Assembly: GCA_051874735.1 (NCBI GenBank)
Contig: JBJEGD010000026.1
Coordinates: 1-64,000 of the forward strand
Source: Candidatus Bruticola sp.
GTDB lineage: Bacteria; Vulcanimicrobiota; Xenobia; Xenobiales; Xenobiaceae
DNA: 64,000 bases
Direction of reading: 5' to 3'
The notes beneath the pieces are model-generated. The model saw only the letters and a program-made list of their open reading frames with translations. It was not told the origin of the DNA and did no database searches. Below are positions 61,291 to 64,000 of this stretch, piece by piece (positions within the stretch are counted from its first letter, which is position 1; every line of letters begins with the position of its first letter). The position numbers and the translations under genes were made by a program.

Positions 61291-62236
61291 AGCAATCCTT
61301 TTGAGAAAAACTGGTTAAGTGTATATGACCTAAATCATGTAAACTATGGAGTAATTCAGGATTCTCAGTCACCTGTTGATAAATTTTTGGGTTAAGCATG
61401 GCAAAAATAGTTGAACCACTGCCGCAAAGCTGAGCTGCTTGGCAGCCCCAGCTTAGCAGAGTGTTTTTTATCGATTCAAGTTCTGGGCGCAGATGTTTGG
61501 CTGCTGGGTATAAGTCATTCTTCAATTCATTGAGAAAACGAACTTGCCAGAGGTTAGCTTCAGATGAATACGGTTCGGGCTGATTGTTGAGCAGTTCGGC
61601 TAAATTGAATGAACTGTTATGTGCGGGATTGCGTTTGTCAATAGGCAGTTGATCCCAAGCTTTATAAACTTCTGGAGTGCTCAGACCAAAGGGAGGGATG
61701 AGCAAAAGTACTCCCCAGTCTTTGAATAAAGCTGGAGCGGGCTGGGGGGTAAGTTTTTCTCCTTTATTTAGTCCTCTAGCTGTATTTCCTATTAAACCGA
61801 AGGCAACATCTGCTCCCAGCCCTTCTGCAGCCGATAAAAGTTGTTTATGGCTTAAATTTAAATTATATAATTCATTTAAGCCTTTGAGAGCGGCCGCACA
61901 ATCGGCACTTCCTCCTCCCAGTCCTCCGCCAGCAGGTATATGCTTATGCAAAACAAAGCGGCAGGGAAGTTCCTGGCCTATCAGCGTCTGTAGAGCCCGA
62001 TGGGCCTTTATAACTAAATTATCTTGGTCGGCGTTTACTGAAAAGCCGCATCCAATTTTATCAACAATTTCTAAGCTTGTTTCTTTAGCTTTTGTTAAAA
62101 ATAGCAGATCTGCCAACTCTAAACTCTGAAAAATAGTGTCTAGCTGGTGGTATCCATTGGGCAGGGCATCTAAAAGCTCTAAAGTTAGATTTATTTTAGC
62201 TGCGGCCCGATAAGTAAGTGTTTTTTCTTCTTCCAT
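61283..62236 (-). CDS. ispE: 4-diphosphocytidyl-2-C-methyl-D-erythritol kinase
   Basis: AAKINLTL, KHIPAGGGLGGGSAD, LGADV and CGSGST motifs; ATG at 62236 is preferred. Confidence 0.93.
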   Translation of the reverse strand: MEEEKTLTYRAAAKINLTLELLDALPNGYHQLDTIFQSLELADLLFLTKAKETSLEIVDKIGCGFSVNADQDNLVIKAHRALQTLIGQELPCRFVLHKHIPAGGGLGGGSADCAAALKGLNELYNLNLSHKQLLSAAEGLGADVAFGLIGNTARGLNKGEKLTPQPAPALFKDWGVLLLIPPFGLSTPEVYKAWDQLPIDKRNPAHNSSFNLAELLNNQPEPYSSEANLWQVRFLNELKNDLYPAAKHLRPELESIKNTLLSWGCQAAQLCGSGSTIFAMLNPKIYQQVTENPELLHSLHDLGHIHLTSFSQKDCYE

Positions 62237-62321
62237 ATAAGTATTGCACCTTAAAATTGAAGATATCGAGAATATATCTTGCACCGTCTTTTTGAGAGAT
62301 GTTCCCTTTGCGACATAAAGA

Positions 62322-62366
62322 AAAAAAATCCCCTATTGGTGTTTCTACACGAAAGGGGGATTTTTT
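62322..62366 (-). terminator. terminator-like hairpin
   Basis: aaaaatcccc...ggggattttt stem with an A run on the + strand. Confidence 0.65.
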
Positions 62367-62418
62367 AGTTGAGATTGCTTTACTGATGTAAAGCAGATTC
62401 GTTAAGTGGTACTAAATT

Positions 62419-64000
62419 CTACTTGCTGCTCTCTGTAGAATTGGAGTCTTTAGAACTACTGAGCTTGTAAGCTAGGGGCGATTTAAAGGTTTCTAACTGA
62501 GCTTTGGCTAGTTCTTCCAGCTGAGCAAACTTGTCTCTATAAATCCAGGCTTCTTTTACTTCAGTGCGGCTGTAGAACCAAACTTCTGAACCTTTGACAA
62601 CCGTTTTACAGCTGTAAGAGCCTGTTTCATTACTGAGTGCAATATCTTGCGGCTGACTAATTACCTGGCTTCCTTCAGGCAGGATTAAGCGATAGCTAAT
62701 TTCGTCTACAAAGGGCGCATCGAAGCGTATCGGATAGCTGCGGGAAGAAGTATTGAGACCTGCTTGCAAAGATTGACTGTTGACAATAGGTAGGGGAGTT
62801 TCAAAGCATTTCTTATCTCGGTTGTATCGCGCATAGTTAGCAAACTGAACGGAAGTACCTATAGTGAAGGGCTGGTCGTCTTCTGATTTAGTTGGGAAAA
62901 AATGTGAGTAAGGAATAGTCTGGAAGCAGAAATTTGTATCAAATTTGCTGATAATCCAGTTTGTAACTTCCTTACGTTGAGAATCGGAGAGAGTCTGTGC
63001 CTGAGCAGAAGCGGTGCGAAGAATATTGGCTCTGGGGCCGTTGTAGGTTATATCGGCAGTCAACTGACCTATTCCGGTAGCTTCAATGCGACCTTCCATA
63101 TTATGAAGGCCTATATTATTTTCAGGTATATCGACTGGGGCAGAAATCAGTTTGCCCGATTTTGAGCTGTGATTGACGGGAAGCTCTAGTGTAGCTGATC
63201 CTTGCCAGCCTAAGTTAGGGGCAGATAAAGCCGTTCCAGGCAGAGTAGGATCGATCCACCAAGTTTTTCCTCCCGGATCAGATACTTTAAGCAAGAATTG
63301 ATTTACGTAAAGCGGGATGGGAGGTAGTTCGGCGATTGTTTTTAAATCTGAACTGGTTGACATGTAAGGCTCTACTCTCAAACCGGCTCTTTTTAAAAGT
63401 GCTCCGGTAAGATAAGCCGCGTCTGGATAGGTTAAAAAACGGGAAGAAGAAGCTTCTTTGAGATTAACACCGCGCCAAAATTCATTGTCTTTGTCTAAGA
63501 TAGAGAACTTAGACATATAGCCAAGCACATCTTTAATGCGTTTTTCTGCAGGCTTTCCGACCGAAGTAATGCGGCTGGATATCATGCTAAGTGAGGCATT
63601 GCGATCTGCCGTTTCGTTCTCCCAGCACTGGCCGAGCCAGGTTGCCAGGTTGTTCCAATCTGCGAAGCTTGAGACTGCCACATATTTATAATAACTTATG
63701 GAAGCAGGCATGCTTACGTTGGAAGGAATGACATCATAAGCTTCTTTGGTAGACCATGAGTAAGTGCGGACTCCATTATCTTCATTTACCTCAGGAGAGC
63801 GCATATAAGGAACATTAGTAAAAGTGTAAGCTTTTACTTTTGAAGGCACACTCACTTTGTAAGTTGAGTGAAGAATTGGTAAATCGTTCTGCAGATATGA
63901 ACAAGCCCACCACTGCTTATCTGCTCTGGGAGCGTAGGTAGTTTTTATAGAATACTCTATAATAGAGCCAACTTTTACGCTAGGAAATTCTGCCGCACGA
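62419..64000 (-). CDS. DUF3857/transglutaminase-like domain protein, 5' end outside window
   Basis: The frame stays open to the window edge and reads FPSVKVGSIIEYS. WIDPT and ILPEG..V...P motifs are typical of DUF3857/DUF3858 proteins. Confidence 0.7.
   Translation of the reverse strand, partial: RAAEFPSVKVGSIIEYSIKTTYAPRADKQWWACSYLQNDLPILHSTYKVSVPSKVKAYTFTNVPYMRSPEVNEDNGVRTYSWSTKEAYDVIPSNVSMPASISYYKYVAVSSFADWNNLATWLGQCWENETADRNASLSMISSRITSVGKPAEKRIKDVLGYMSKFSILDKDNEFWRGVNLKEASSSRFLTYPDAAYLTGALLKRAGLRVEPYMSTSSDLKTIAELPPIPLYVNQFLLKVSDPGGKTWWIDPTLPGTALSAPNLGWQGSATLELPVNHSSKSGKLISAPVDIPENNIGLHNMEGRIEATGIGQLTADITYNGPRANILRTASAQAQTLSDSQRKEVTNWIISKFDTNFCFQTIPYSHFFPTKSEDDQPFTIGTSVQFANYARYNRDKKCFETPLPIVNSQSLQAGLNTSSRSYPIRFDAPFVDEISYRLILPEGSQVISQPQDIALSNETGSYSCKTVVKGSEVWFYSRTEVKEAWIYRDKFAQLEELAKAQLETFKSPLAYKLSSSKDSNSTESSK

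Overview
This is a chromosomal window from a moderately AT-rich bacterium, probably diderm because it encodes a putative outer-membrane beta-barrel protein. It has no recognisable prophage, IS element or CRISPR array. The backbone is housekeeping: truD, ftsA-nrdR-punA-pdp, alr-tcdA, three tRNAs (Ile2/Met-CAT, Glu-TTC, Val-TAC), mtnP, glnS, dnaX-ebfC-recR, a maltodextrin ABC operon, gap-pgk-tpiA-secG, desulfoferrodoxin, an EF-G paralog, ridA and ispE. The most striking accessory feature is a tandem array of four intact DNA/RNA non-specific endonuclease genes (24.9-30.0 kb), each with its own terminator. They lack Sec signal peptides but share a conserved N-terminal leader (IGSISG...D[TV][FY]...QFAKAGRLFQ), and a similar leader occurs on a subtilase at 50 kb. 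The array is followed by a small acidic protein resembling a type III chaperone/YbjN fold and by a SAMHD1-like HD hydrolase. It sits in a region rich in nucleoside phosphorylases, one of which has a signal peptide and an Asn-to-Asp specificity change. My main hypothesis, which is inference, is a non-Sec, possibly type III-like, exported nuclease and nucleic-acid scavenging system. Other oddities are a catalytically dead HisRS paralog with a ~550-aa disordered RS-rich tail, a secreted pseudo-caspase, and a 1364-aa P-loop ATPase ahead of an ftsA that has no adjacent ftsZ. All family calls come from motif recognition by eye; no database searches were run.
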